Origin: a virus
Virus record (IMG/VR): IMGVR_UViG_3300031370_000002
Span: 62,789 to 126,788 of that record
Reading direction: 5' to 3' (one strand)
Length of the DNA: 64,000 bases
Part shown: positions 1 through 9,250 of the stretch, piece by piece
Layout of the letters: the number at the start of each line of letters is the position of its first letter
Numbering within the stretch: position 1 is the first letter of the stretch
The notes under the pieces: generated by a model
Database searches by the model: none
Told to the model about the DNA's origin: nothing
The model's input: only the letters and a program-made list of their open reading frames with translations
Program-made: the position numbers and the translations under genes

Positions 1-2
1 AT

Positions 3-1703
3 TTACCTGATGCAATGCGCACAGGTTTTGGTGTTGGAATCGGAAACGTTTCTCCGACTTCACGCTACATAACGCGTCCGGGAATCCGCACGATTGAAAG
101 TTACGATCCTACTGGCCTCGCATCAAAAGCAGGTTTAGGAACGTGGACAAATCCAAACGTGCCGTGGGCGAGTGTTCACAGTCGCGGTGCGCAAATCACT
201 GAAACTGTTTACGCAATTCCACGGCAAGAAGGTTACGTTGAAATTTCTTTCGCAAGTTATCACGCAGAAGGTTTGAGTGTTGACGTTTACGCCGAAGGAA
301 TTCGTGTTGCTTCTACTTGCGGTAAAGTTGGTGGACGTGGACGCATTAAGTTTTTAAACGATCCTGATGCTGATGAAATGCGTATCATGATTCGTGTGCG
401 TAGTTCGCAAGGTGCCAACTGGAGTCTTCAAGTTATTCCACCTAAACTTAATGCAACCAGTGACCGCGCAAACTTGCCGCTTGATAGTCAGGCAGCGTAC
501 GATGTTTTAACTTATCCGGATGTGATTACGCCTGAGTATATCGGTACGCCAATTTTTCCTGCGCCGTGTCACGCAACTGTTTGGCCTATTCAGGATCGAA
601 TTGTTGGCAGTGACGCATTCGAATATTTCCATTACATCGGAAACGTAGCAGGCTGGACGTATTTAAACTTTACGTCATGGGATAACTTGGATTACATCGA
701 AGTTTATCACGCAGGCAAACGCATCGCGAGTACACAGGAAGCGCAAGGTGGATTGGGCTATTTGTACTTTTATTACGATCCGGCAGGAACACAAAACTAT
801 GATTTAATGGTGCGTGTTGTTGCAAAAGATTTTGGTAAGAACGCTGCAATTAGTAGTTTCTATTATTCACTGTATTGTCCTAACGAACGTGGGGCGCGTG
901 AATACAGATTCCCTTGCCAGTACGATTGGGTTGTAAGTGCAGGCCATCCAACAACAGAAGATAACTTTGCACTTGGAACTCAAACCGATCAACGCGCACA
1001 GTTGGTTCAGGTTCGCGCCGGAAGTTTTGACACGAAGTTTGAAGTTTTCGATCAGAACATGGCTTTGCTTGATACTGAAAATCTTCTTGCAGGTCAAACC
1101 GGAACGCTTGAGTTTTGGAAATATCCTGAACATGTTTTACGAAGTAATATCACGATTCGCGTAACAAGCGGTATCGGTTGCGATTGGAGTTATTTTTGCT
1201 GGTGTCCAATTCAACCGCCACACTTTAACGTTAGTGATTTCCTTGTTCCGTATAACTGTTTGGGTGTTGAAGATCCGCCGAGCGAAGCAAACTGGACGTT
1301 AACAAAAGGTGTTCTGCGTTACTACGGAAATGTTGACCACACAGTTAACTTAAACTTCCGTATCGCAACGCAAGATGGAAACCGATTTACAGGAGGCGGC
1401 AAAGGCAGTCAATTAACGCCTGCTGTTTCTAACACTGGTGGATACTTCCAGAAAACAAACGAAACAAAACACGGCGATCTTTATGGAACTTTGGAATACG
1501 AACCGTGGCCTTTAGCAATTGGTAACAGAAGTATCAAAGGCGTTTCGACAAGTTTTACATGGACGGGAACAATCTATCAAGCGAGTTTGTCGCAACTTCC
1601 TTCTGCTGCGAATGGTTGGGTGGGCGTAGTAACAGTCTACACTCCAGAAGACGGCGAACAATATGTTGACTTGCGCGTAAACGTAACAGTTAACTACGGA
1701 TAA
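3..1703 (+). CDS. Virion structural/tail-associated protein, 5'-truncated by the window edge
   Basis: Frame is open from position 3 upstream of the track ATG at 15. Rich in beta-strand, Tyr and Trp, with an internal repeated module. First gene of the structural block. Confidence 0.6.
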   Translation, partial: LPDAMRTGFGVGIGNVSPTSRYITRPGIRTIESYDPTGLASKAGLGTWTNPNVPWASVHSRGAQITETVYAIPRQEGYVEISFASYHAEGLSVDVYAEGIRVASTCGKVGGRGRIKFLNDPDADEMRIMIRVRSSQGANWSLQVIPPKLNATSDRANLPLDSQAAYDVLTYPDVITPEYIGTPIFPAPCHATVWPIQDRIVGSDAFEYFHYIGNVAGWTYLNFTSWDNLDYIEVYHAGKRIASTQEAQGGLGYLYFYYDPAGTQNYDLMVRVVAKDFGKNAAISSFYYSLYCPNERGAREYRFPCQYDWVVSAGHPTTEDNFALGTQTDQRAQLVQVRAGSFDTKFEVFDQNMALLDTENLLAGQTGTLEFWKYPEHVLRSNITIRVTSGIGCDWSYFCWCPIQPPHFNVSDFLVPYNCLGVEDPPSEANWTLTKGVLRYYGNVDHTVNLNFRIATQDGNRFTGGGKGSQLTPAVSNTGGYFQKTNETKHGDLYGTLEYEPWPLAIGNRSIKGVSTSFTWTGTIYQASLSQLPSAANGWVGVVTVYTPEDGEQYVDLRVNVTVNYG

Positions 1704-1707
1704 AAAT

Positions 1708-4593
1708 ATGATCAAGCAGAGTTGTTTATATCTGCGCGGTCTAACTTGTGGTTATTCTGGATCTAATGTTCAGAATAACCAGAGTTGGGTCGATGCAAAC
1801 ATGAGTGAAGATCAGGGAACTCTAACAAGTTTCGCAGTTGATGGACACGCGTCGGGTTATGTTTGCGGATTCGGCAGCGTGTTTATGAATGGCGCGTTTG
1901 TCACTCCGTATTCTTTTGATGTTGATGGAAATGGCGGTTGGTTAGGCAACTATAAAAATTCAATGGTATGCGATATTGTTGGCGCACTTCGCCAATTGCG
2001 TATCATGATGGATATGGGCGCTAACTATACTCACGGTCGATCAACGCTGATTATGAGCGATGAAGGCAGCGTAACAGATCAGACTGATTATGGCGCGTGG
2101 GGTCAGTTCATTAACTATCTTCGCACAAAGCGCTATGACATTTTGCCGCATATGCACAACGAAATTCAGGCGGGTGCTTATGGCTTTGATGGTCAGTCTC
2201 ATTACTTCAAACAGTTTTCGTGCGTGATGCTTTTGCTGAGTAGCGGAGCAAGAACTTTCAGCGACACGATGATTAATGCAATGTCGCAGGCGATCAAAGA
2301 AGGCGTTTGCTTTATTGTTCTGCAACACAGTCCGGGCCGGGGTAATCAAAACTTCGATGCAATTTTTAATCGTCTTGGAGTTTACACCAATCGCGGAACT
2401 TATGTGAGTGCAACTACTCGCGCAAAAAATCGTGCGATTGAAATTTACGGTTTTCATATTAGTTGGCAAGGCGTCGAGCAATACCATTACAAACAAGCTG
2501 TTCGGTATGCTCAAGGCTATTGGTACAACGACAATGGAAATCCAAAGCCGGGAAGTTTGAGCGGTCAGGGCGGCGTGTGGCATCCGATTATGTGCGACAC
2601 TGTTGATATTAACGATGACATTCGCGCAAGCTCTCCGTTTTATTTTCGTGAGTATTGTTGCGTTGAACCTCATTCCGGATTCAGTGCTGATTTCGATATT
2701 GATATGGTTCCGTATAAACCGGATTCGTGGCGAAACGATCTTGATGCAGGTTATCATTCGATTAGCTGGGGAAACAATACCGGACAAAGTTTGGAACAAC
2801 GCTCTGCAATTTTTTGTCGCTGCGTTGGTTATCAAGTCGCGATTGACAGTGGATTAACTTACAACGGCTATACCGTTATTAACGGGCAACGTTGGGGTGA
2901 AGGTCGTTCTTACTCTGTGTACAAAATCAGTAAGGCAACCAAACAAGTTGTTGAGCGTCGTGCGTACGATGTTCACGGTGGCGGTCAAGGAAGTGCGACA
3001 GGTATTGCGAACGCTGCTGCAATGGCACAATTTCTGAATAGCATTGACGGAAACTTTTGGGTTCTCGTTACAATGTTTGACGAAACAGCTTACAACCATT
3101 TGGCAGGCGGCTTACCTCAAGCAATGTATCGCATCGGTGCTTCGCGTCGTGTGTTTGGTACAGACTTCCCTTATCGATCAGCGTACAACTGTTTAGGCAG
3201 TCCGGGAATCGGTGAAGGTAACGCAATCAACGAAATGTTGAAAGGCGATATTAGCAGCGATCCAAATGCGACGTTTGATGTTGGTTATGATTTTGATTCG
3301 AACGGCTGGCCTTTCTCAACAGGAACAAACCGCGACAGTCTTAATCAAACTTGGTTCCGTGGCTTTGATGATCACAATCGTATTGCTCACATGAGCTATG
3401 CGAAAAATTTAGACATTGTGGATCTGAATAAAACTTACGGCACTAAAAACACGGTGACTTATCGCGACAATCGTTTCAGAAAGTTGTTAATGTCTGAAAC
3501 AAAACAAAACGTCGTGAGTGTTGAGAATCCGTGTGCTGCGCAAAGTGTTGTGCAAAGTCACGATTGGGTTCGCGTTTATGCAGGCGCTGGTGCTGAAACA
3601 GTTTACTATCCGTTTGGGAACCTGAAAGAATATCTGGTTACTTCAACGGATGACAGCGGCCCAAATGAATTGTGTACCTCGCATCTAATGATGAATTGGG
3701 AAATGTTCGACGGTGTTGGAAACAACATTGCGTACAACGAAGCTGGCCCCGATCATTTGCTTTCGTGTGGTGGAGACAGAAATAATCCCGGCTCACTATT
3801 CTTTGGTGCAGGCGGTGCGCGAGTGTTTCAGGTCTACGAACGAAACTATCGTTTAGTGGAAGGTGAAGCAGGACGTGATACGAATGATTGGCAGGTTGTT
3901 TGGAAATGGAGTGGCCCCGGTTCGCAAGGACACAACATTAAAATCGATCCCGGTTATGAATATATCATGTTTGCGTATGACCGCTACGGAAGTTTGGAAT
4001 TAGCGGAACGTCATTTCATTGTGCCGGAAGCAAGTCAGTTGCCTAAGTGGGGATCTGGAATCTACAACGCAGATTTCTCAAACTCCACGCTGTTTACTGT
4101 TGACCGAAACTTTTATGCAAACGCGTTTTGCACAAAGAGCAGCGATCACGGAACAGAAAACGGAATCATGATGATCATTCGTCGCCCTCTGTTTATGAGC
4201 ATTGGCCCGGAAGACAGAACAGGCTGGCAGTTAGTTTACAACGATCAAGGCACCAGTGTTCCGAAAGGATCTTATTACGGCATTACATTGGAATCTGATT
4301 ATCAGTATATGGTTCTTTGTAGTACAGGTAATGGCGGTTTCAGTACGCACCATTTTAACGGCTGGAATAAAACTTTTGAAACTTCTGGTTGGGATAGCGA
4401 TGCAACAATCGAAGCAGAAAGTTGTGGTCGTTGTCAGTGGTCGCATGATCGTAGATTCTTGCTTACTGGCACAGGCGCATTAAGTACAAACGCCAAAGAA
4501 TATTTGAACGGCAGTTTGTATGCACCTATTGGCGTGTTTCAGGTTTATCGCCGTCCGATTCTTTGCTGGGAACCGGAAGACGTGAATCGTTAA
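1708..4593 (+). CDS. Large tail fibre/baseplate-associated protein with ILEI/PANDER-like domain
   Basis: 961 aa. The segment at about 2881-3250 has the ILEI pattern (RAYDV...MAQFLNSI...VLVTMFDE...AMYRIGA...YRSAYNCLGSPG). C-terminal repeats of the VFQVY-R type. Confidence 0.65.
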   Translation: MIKQSCLYLRGLTCGYSGSNVQNNQSWVDANMSEDQGTLTSFAVDGHASGYVCGFGSVFMNGAFVTPYSFDVDGNGGWLGNYKNSMVCDIVGALRQLRIMMDMGANYTHGRSTLIMSDEGSVTDQTDYGAWGQFINYLRTKRYDILPHMHNEIQAGAYGFDGQSHYFKQFSCVMLLLSSGARTFSDTMINAMSQAIKEGVCFIVLQHSPGRGNQNFDAIFNRLGVYTNRGTYVSATTRAKNRAIEIYGFHISWQGVEQYHYKQAVRYAQGYWYNDNGNPKPGSLSGQGGVWHPIMCDTVDINDDIRASSPFYFREYCCVEPHSGFSADFDIDMVPYKPDSWRNDLDAGYHSISWGNNTGQSLEQRSAIFCRCVGYQVAIDSGLTYNGYTVINGQRWGEGRSYSVYKISKATKQVVERRAYDVHGGGQGSATGIANAAAMAQFLNSIDGNFWVLVTMFDETAYNHLAGGLPQAMYRIGASRRVFGTDFPYRSAYNCLGSPGIGEGNAINEMLKGDISSDPNATFDVGYDFDSNGWPFSTGTNRDSLNQTWFRGFDDHNRIAHMSYAKNLDIVDLNKTYGTKNTVTYRDNRFRKLLMSETKQNVVSVENPCAAQSVVQSHDWVRVYAGAGAETVYYPFGNLKEYLVTSTDDSGPNELCTSHLMMNWEMFDGVGNNIAYNEAGPDHLLSCGGDRNNPGSLFFGAGGARVFQVYERNYRLVEGEAGRDTNDWQVVWKWSGPGSQGHNIKIDPGYEYIMFAYDRYGSLELAERHFIVPEASQLPKWGSGIYNADFSNSTLFTVDRNFYANAFCTKSSDHGTENGIMMIIRRPLFMSIGPEDRTGWQLVYNDQGTSVPKGSYYGITLESDYQYMVLCSTGNGGFSTHHFNGWNKTFETSGWDSDATIEAESCGRCQWSHDRRFLLTGTGALSTNAKEYLNGSLYAPIGVFQVYRRPILCWEPEDVNR

Positions 4594-4605
4594 GAGGAAA
4601 TTTAT

Positions 4606-4806
4606 ATGCCGTCACTTGGAAGATTAGCAATTAAAAATCCATCCACAGGCGCATGGATCTCTAATTTAACCAAAGGTGGGATGAAGGTTCGATGGCAGCG
4701 GCCTGATGGAGTTTTGGTTTGGGTGCGTATGACTCCAAACAATACAAAACTGAAAAATCCTAATTATGGTCAACCTAACGAGCCTGAATTTATCAGCCTT
4801 GTTTGA
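4606..4806 (+). CDS. Small hypothetical structural protein
   Basis: 66 aa with RBS GAGGA upstream, packed tightly between neighbours. Confidence 0.65.
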   Translation: MPSLGRLAIKNPSTGAWISNLTKGGMKVRWQRPDGVLVWVRMTPNNTKLKNPNYGQPNEPEFISLV

Positions 4807-4816
4807 GGAAAATAAA

Positions 4817-5635
4817 ATGGGATTGGTTCAAGTCGATCCCGCTCTTATCAGTCCAAAGAGCGGATTAAAAGCACAAGTGCTTGGAAAAGTTTCAGACAGT
4901 CTCGTTGGCTTTCTTGATCCTGAGTCAAAAGATCCGAGCGCGGATTTATCGAATGCGAGTTTTGACGGTAACACCGGAACACTCACAATTGTTTTTCCCG
5001 ATGGAAGTCAGAAAACTGTTACTGGATTACCAACTGCTGATCAAATGAAAGCAGGCAAAGAAGGAAAACAAGGTAAGCAAGGTATTCAGGGAAATGACGG
5101 TAAAGACGGAAAAGATGGTCGTGACGGTCAGGCAGGTTGTCCGGGAATCCGTGGTGTGCGCGGTCGCGTCGGGCCAACTGGTAACACAGGCCCAATCGGG
5201 CCAACTGGTGAAACTGGCCCCGTAGGGCCGACAGGTGGAACCGGGCCAACTGGCCCTGCTGGTCGCGATGCAATTATTAATCAGTATGAAGTTTCAAGCG
5301 TACTCGATCCGTTAACTGGAAAAGAAATTGTTGGCGCGTATGTTGGCAGCGATTTCGATCCAAACACAGGACGCACAACAAACTTCGGACGTGCGCTCGC
5401 TCCGGCTTCGCAGTCTGTGATTAACGTTGCGTTCAACAAACCTTTCCTTAACCGTTGTGCTTCACTAACAATTACGTTTTTGAATACCGCAACAAATCAG
5501 GCAAAAACTTATTCTATCTATAACTTGGATGGAACTGCTGTTAAGGAAAACGTTTTGCTTGGTGGCTTTATGTTGAAGTCCACTGGTGCGAATACTGTAG
5601 GCTGGGATTTCTACTATTCTGCAATAGGGGATTAA
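4817..5635 (+). CDS. Collagen-like tail fibre protein
   Basis: 24 uninterrupted Gly-X-Y triplets at 5054-5269. Start moved from 4766 to the ATG at 4817 (RBS GAGGA at 4805-4809). Confidence 0.85.
   Translation: MGLVQVDPALISPKSGLKAQVLGKVSDSLVGFLDPESKDPSADLSNASFDGNTGTLTIVFPDGSQKTVTGLPTADQMKAGKEGKQGKQGIQGNDGKDGKDGRDGQAGCPGIRGVRGRVGPTGNTGPIGPTGETGPVGPTGGTGPTGPAGRDAIINQYEVSSVLDPLTGKEIVGAYVGSDFDPNTGRTTNFGRALAPASQSVINVAFNKPFLNRCASLTITFLNTATNQAKTYSIYNLDGTAVKENVLLGGFMLKSTGANTVGWDFYYSAIGD
5054..5269 (+). repeat. Collagen (Gly-X-Y)24 coding repeat
   Basis: GKE GKQ GKQ GIQ GND ... GPT GPA GRD, read directly from the translation. Confidence 0.95.
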
Positions 5636-5636
5636 G

Positions 5637-6095
5637 ATGATCTTTCTTAGCGTTAACGCTGAGACAGGAGAAATTTATGGGCGTGTGCGAGAAGCTACGC
5701 CTACTTCTGTTGAAGTTGATTCCGAGTTGTTTGGTCGCTATATCAGTGCTCCGGATGCTTTTCTTTATTATCCGGATCGCAGCACGATTGATCTGCGTCC
5801 TGATTATTCTGCGCCGAAAATTCTTTCGATTCCACCTGAGATTATTGAAACATATCAAGGGCGTTTACAGGAAGAAGTTTTCATTCCTGAATTGGAAGTC
5901 AGCGTTTGTATTGCAGGCGCATTAGGCCGTGCTTTTCTGACTGCCGTTGCATTGGCACCATATCAACCGCAAACTGTTTTGGTTTATAACGCAGGCGACT
6001 ACACGACGATTGAAATAACCAAAGACAATCTGAAATATTTCGCAGGCGCTTACGCCAAACATTTTGCTACGATTATGGGGAATGCTGATGAGTAA
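5637..6095 (+). CDS. Putative tail fibre assembly/chaperone-like protein
   Basis: 152 aa directly after the collagen fibre gene. The function is inferred from position only. Confidence 0.4.
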   Translation: MIFLSVNAETGEIYGRVREATPTSVEVDSELFGRYISAPDAFLYYPDRSTIDLRPDYSAPKILSIPPEIIETYQGRLQEEVFIPELEVSVCIAGALGRAFLTAVALAPYQPQTVLVYNAGDYTTIEITKDNLKYFAGAYAKHFATIMGNADE

Positions 6096-6873
6096 ATTAA
6101 GCAGCTATGTAGACACGCTTGTTGAACTGGCCAGGCAGCAAGGCTTGAGTAGTAGCAACGATATTGTATACAGAATTGCGCCGGAAGTTGTTGTGATTCT
6201 TTCAGACAACGAACCGACAGATCACACATTCCCTCTCGACGGCGTTTGGATTGTGACTGACATTGATGCGCAGAATTATAAATCCGTTTATAAGCGCGTC
6301 AGTAAAACTCCTGCAAACGATCTTCAAAACACTTGGAAACTTCTTTCTGAGTATGATGAGTTTGCGAGTGTTCAAAAATGGGATCAAGCAGATTTACCTG
6401 AGCCTGTTATTTTGAGTGCAAAGGGCGGTCAGCTTGAAGCCGCACTGTTACCGCGACAAACAAAAGCGTACGCAGCAAACGAAACTATTCCTCGAAGTTA
6501 TGCCGATGAAGTTAAATCAGCATTGTCGAAAGGTTTCGGCGTTATGCTGAATAACATGAATGCGCGAGTAACAAGTAATACCGGGCGCGTAAATACTCTG
6601 ACGCAAACTGTTCAGCTTTTAAATTCTAAAGTTGATGACGTGGCAACAGGTTCTTTACGCAGCATGTTTGTAATTCAGGAAACACCAACTCCGCTTTGGG
6701 CTTTTGCTCACGAATTTGGAGAAGGAAAAGGATTTGTTTTCTGTACGGATGAAAGCGGAGAAATTGTATGGCCGGAAAAAGTCTATACAGATCCATCTTC
6801 GCCAAACGTTGTGTTAGCGGAATTCTTGGACTCTGTTTCTGGATTTGGTCTGTTAGTGTTTGCGCCGAAGTAA
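6088..6873 (+). CDS. Hypothetical structural protein
   Basis: ATG at 6088 overlaps the upstream stop. Central predicted coiled coil (NARVTSNTGRVNTLTQTVQLLNSKVDDV). Confidence 0.6.
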   Translation: MSKLSSYVDTLVELARQQGLSSSNDIVYRIAPEVVVILSDNEPTDHTFPLDGVWIVTDIDAQNYKSVYKRVSKTPANDLQNTWKLLSEYDEFASVQKWDQADLPEPVILSAKGGQLEAALLPRQTKAYAANETIPRSYADEVKSALSKGFGVMLNNMNARVTSNTGRVNTLTQTVQLLNSKVDDVATGSLRSMFVIQETPTPLWAFAHEFGEGKGFVFCTDESGEIVWPEKVYTDPSSPNVVLAEFLDSVSGFGLLVFAPK

Positions 6874-7631
6874 ATACTTTGGTTATGGTGCAAAGCTACG
6901 CAGGTGCGTACTACGGCACTACGGTTGTGGCAGGGATGCTACAACAGCCCACGGCAGTTATTTATGTTCCGATAACTCGCAATTTGTCTCGTCCTGAGTT
7001 TGACGATTACATGGAACGTGTGACAAGCAAGATTGAGTTTTATCAACCAAAGCGATTAATCAGTATCGACAAAGATTTTCTTAAATACTTGCCGATAACC
7101 CTTCAAGAGAAATACAAAAATTCCTATCTTTTTCTGCAAACTTACCAGCCTATGTGCGACAAGATAAACTATCTTGTGGAATCTTCTGACAGAAAAAATG
7201 TTCCTCTGTATATTCTTGTGGGTACTCGTTCTATTTCCCGCGACAGTGACGAAGTTATAGATACCTGTGTAAAAACAGAAAAAGAGGTTTTCTATATTCA
7301 CACTTTATCGGAACTAAAACGAACCATTACGCTGCTTCAAAGCAAAGACAAAGGCTTTATCGTTAATGCTTTGAACTACGTTGTGGACACTGAGTTTAAT
7401 ACAGTTGTGGATCGCGGTCAGGTGAATCATTACATCAATATGATTAACCGTACGCACACCACGATAGGCAAGTTCTCTTACATCAATCTGGATATTTCTT
7501 TGCGCCCTATCATGAAGGACGACAAGATGAGTGTGGAATTATTTGTGCGTCCAAATAATCTACAATCAGAAGACGAAGAAATTTTGATGAAAAACATCAT
7601 ATCCTCAATTGACGGAACACTTTCTCGCTAA
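6768..7631 (+). CDS. Secreted periplasmic-binding-protein-like (ABC_sub_bind-type) sensor domain protein
   Basis: RBS GGAG 7 nt before the ATG. Signal-peptide-like N-terminus ending ...SVSVCA-EVNT. Motifs LVMVQSY...Y, KIEFYQPKRLISIDKDFLKYL and TLSELKRTITLLQ resemble type I PBP sensor domains. Confidence 0.6.
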   Translation: MAGKSLYRSIFAKRCVSGILGLCFWIWSVSVCAEVNTLVMVQSYAGAYYGTTVVAGMLQQPTAVIYVPITRNLSRPEFDDYMERVTSKIEFYQPKRLISIDKDFLKYLPITLQEKYKNSYLFLQTYQPMCDKINYLVESSDRKNVPLYILVGTRSISRDSDEVIDTCVKTEKEVFYIHTLSELKRTITLLQSKDKGFIVNALNYVVDTEFNTVVDRGQVNHYINMINRTHTTIGKFSYINLDISLRPIMKDDKMSVELFVRPNNLQSEDEEILMKNIISSIDGTLSR

Positions 7632-7665
7632 TTTAAACACAAGAAAGTTTCGAAGGAGAGTAGCA

Positions 7666-7941
7666 ATGACCGGTTCTAAAATGGCGAAGCTACTCATCGT
7701 TTTGTTTGTAGGATTTGTCTTGTTACTCGCTTTCTCAACAAGCAAAAAATCTTATGCGCCGAGCAACGTAGTTGGCGACGAAATTGTGAGTTGCGTTTCT
7801 GCCGTATGTGTTTCTGATAACACTTTAGGCAACTGCATTGAGTTCCCGCCTAGAGTAGCGCGAGTGATTCAAACCACGGATGTAAATTCTGGCGCAGTTC
7901 GTTTTGTAGTTAGTTTGAACAATACTTGCAAAGGAAAATAA
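7666..7941 (+). CDS. Small membrane-anchored protein with Cys-containing periplasmic domain
   Basis: RBS AAGGAG before the ATG at 7666. N-terminal TM segment LLIVLFVGFVLLLAF. Four Cys in the C-terminal domain. Confidence 0.65.
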   Translation: MTGSKMAKLLIVLFVGFVLLLAFSTSKKSYAPSNVVGDEIVSCVSAVCVSDNTLGNCIEFPPRVARVIQTTDVNSGAVRFVVSLNNTCKGK

Positions 7942-7942
7942 G

Positions 7943-8431
7943 ATGGGCGCATTGTTCGAGTTTCTTGGTCAGATCATGGGATCTAATACGCCGACCATCT
8001 TTGCTTGCGCTGGGCTTGTTGTAGCCAGCGCATTTTATTATTTCAAGGTGATTCCAGCAATGGAACAGCTTAAAGAATATAAAAGAAAAGAGGCCGAGGG
8101 AACTTTCACATCGTCTGATGTAACTGACGGTCTGGAAGAAGTTAAAGCACTGGTAAATAAAATAATCGAAGAAAGTCCGGACTCTGGCGCTGCGAAGATG
8201 TTGAGCGATGTTCTAAGGGCAACCCACGAACTAGAACGATCTCTGAATGCGCTTGGACGCGATACTCAGTTTACAACTGGTGTCGTTCGCGATTTAATGT
8301 CAGCCGTGAACGACTTGCATACGGAAATTGCAGCGGTGCGGCAGAAGTTACATACACTTTCTGCTGCGGTTTATTCTTCAACAGGAGCGCACGACGATGA
8401 CCGTCTAGGCGATCTCAGGAGTTTGCGATGA
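7943..8431 (+). CDS. Single-TM protein with long coiled-coil domain (holin-like or transducer-like)
   Basis: TM segment IFACAGLVVASAFYYF followed by heptad-rich helices. Starts 1 nt after the upstream stop. Confidence 0.6.
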   Translation: MGALFEFLGQIMGSNTPTIFACAGLVVASAFYYFKVIPAMEQLKEYKRKEAEGTFTSSDVTDGLEEVKALVNKIIEESPDSGAAKMLSDVLRATHELERSLNALGRDTQFTTGVVRDLMSAVNDLHTEIAAVRQKLHTLSAAVYSSTGAHDDDRLGDLRSLR

Positions 8432-9177
8432 AAGGCTTTTTGAAAAACAACATTGAGTTCCGGAGGTATACTGCGGAACGATATGCAGATTTTTATAAAG
8501 CTAAAGCGTTCATGCTTTCGGAAATTCTTGAAACTAATCGGCACCAGTTTACGGCGCAGGCGCGAGAGACTTTACTTCAATACTTCGCGTCTGCAACCGA
8601 TTGGCTACAGGAAGTTGAGCGTCTCTTTATCCGTAGTGGAACGGGAGCGGCACCAACAGATGAAAACGGAAAGCTGATCATTGAAACTTTCATCGGAATG
8701 GAAACTTTTGTGCATGAACTGATGCTCGAAAATCCGGATGATTTTGATGCAGGTTTCACGAATGCTTGGATAGAAATGAGAACACAAAGTTTGGCGGGAA
8801 TCGTAAACGCTTTTAGTTTACGCCTAAGTCCAAACAAGGAAGAAGCGTTTCGTCTCATCACAGATTTCACAATTGGGTACATGGGCCATACCATGTTTAA
8901 TCTGCATGAAATGGATTACCTGATTGTAAAACGTGAACGTCCGTTTGTTTATGTGGATAAACTTGATCTCACGGTTATGGAGATCGATCAAGCCACTAAC
9001 CCTGTTACTCGTTGGACAGTATACAGCAAGCACGGACTGCTGGAATATTGCCCTAACGTTAAAATGCGAGCTAAATATATGCTCGACGACAAATACGTGT
9101 GCTCTTACGATTTACGAAAAAGCGCGTATGAAAAGTTACGTTGTTCGTTAGACCAATGTGATTCTAATTTCTTTTAG
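8428..9177 (+). CDS. Cytoplasmic hypothetical protein, mostly helical N-terminal part
   Basis: 249 aa. ATGA overlap with the upstream gene. No TM or signal peptide seen. Confidence 0.65.
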   Translation: MKGFLKNNIEFRRYTAERYADFYKAKAFMLSEILETNRHQFTAQARETLLQYFASATDWLQEVERLFIRSGTGAAPTDENGKLIIETFIGMETFVHELMLENPDDFDAGFTNAWIEMRTQSLAGIVNAFSLRLSPNKEEAFRLITDFTIGYMGHTMFNLHEMDYLIVKRERPFVYVDKLDLTVMEIDQATNPVTRWTVYSKHGLLEYCPNVKMRAKYMLDDKYVCSYDLRKSAYEKLRCSLDQCDSNFF

Positions 9178-9250
9178 TCTTATTTTATTTCGTTACTGAG
9201 TTGATTTGACCGAATAAAATTTTTTAAACAGCACAAACCGGAGAAAGTAA

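Noticed and set aside
2041-2835. 264-aa minus-strand ORF
   Set aside because: Antisense shadow of the 961-aa structural gene, with no RBS or recognisable motif.
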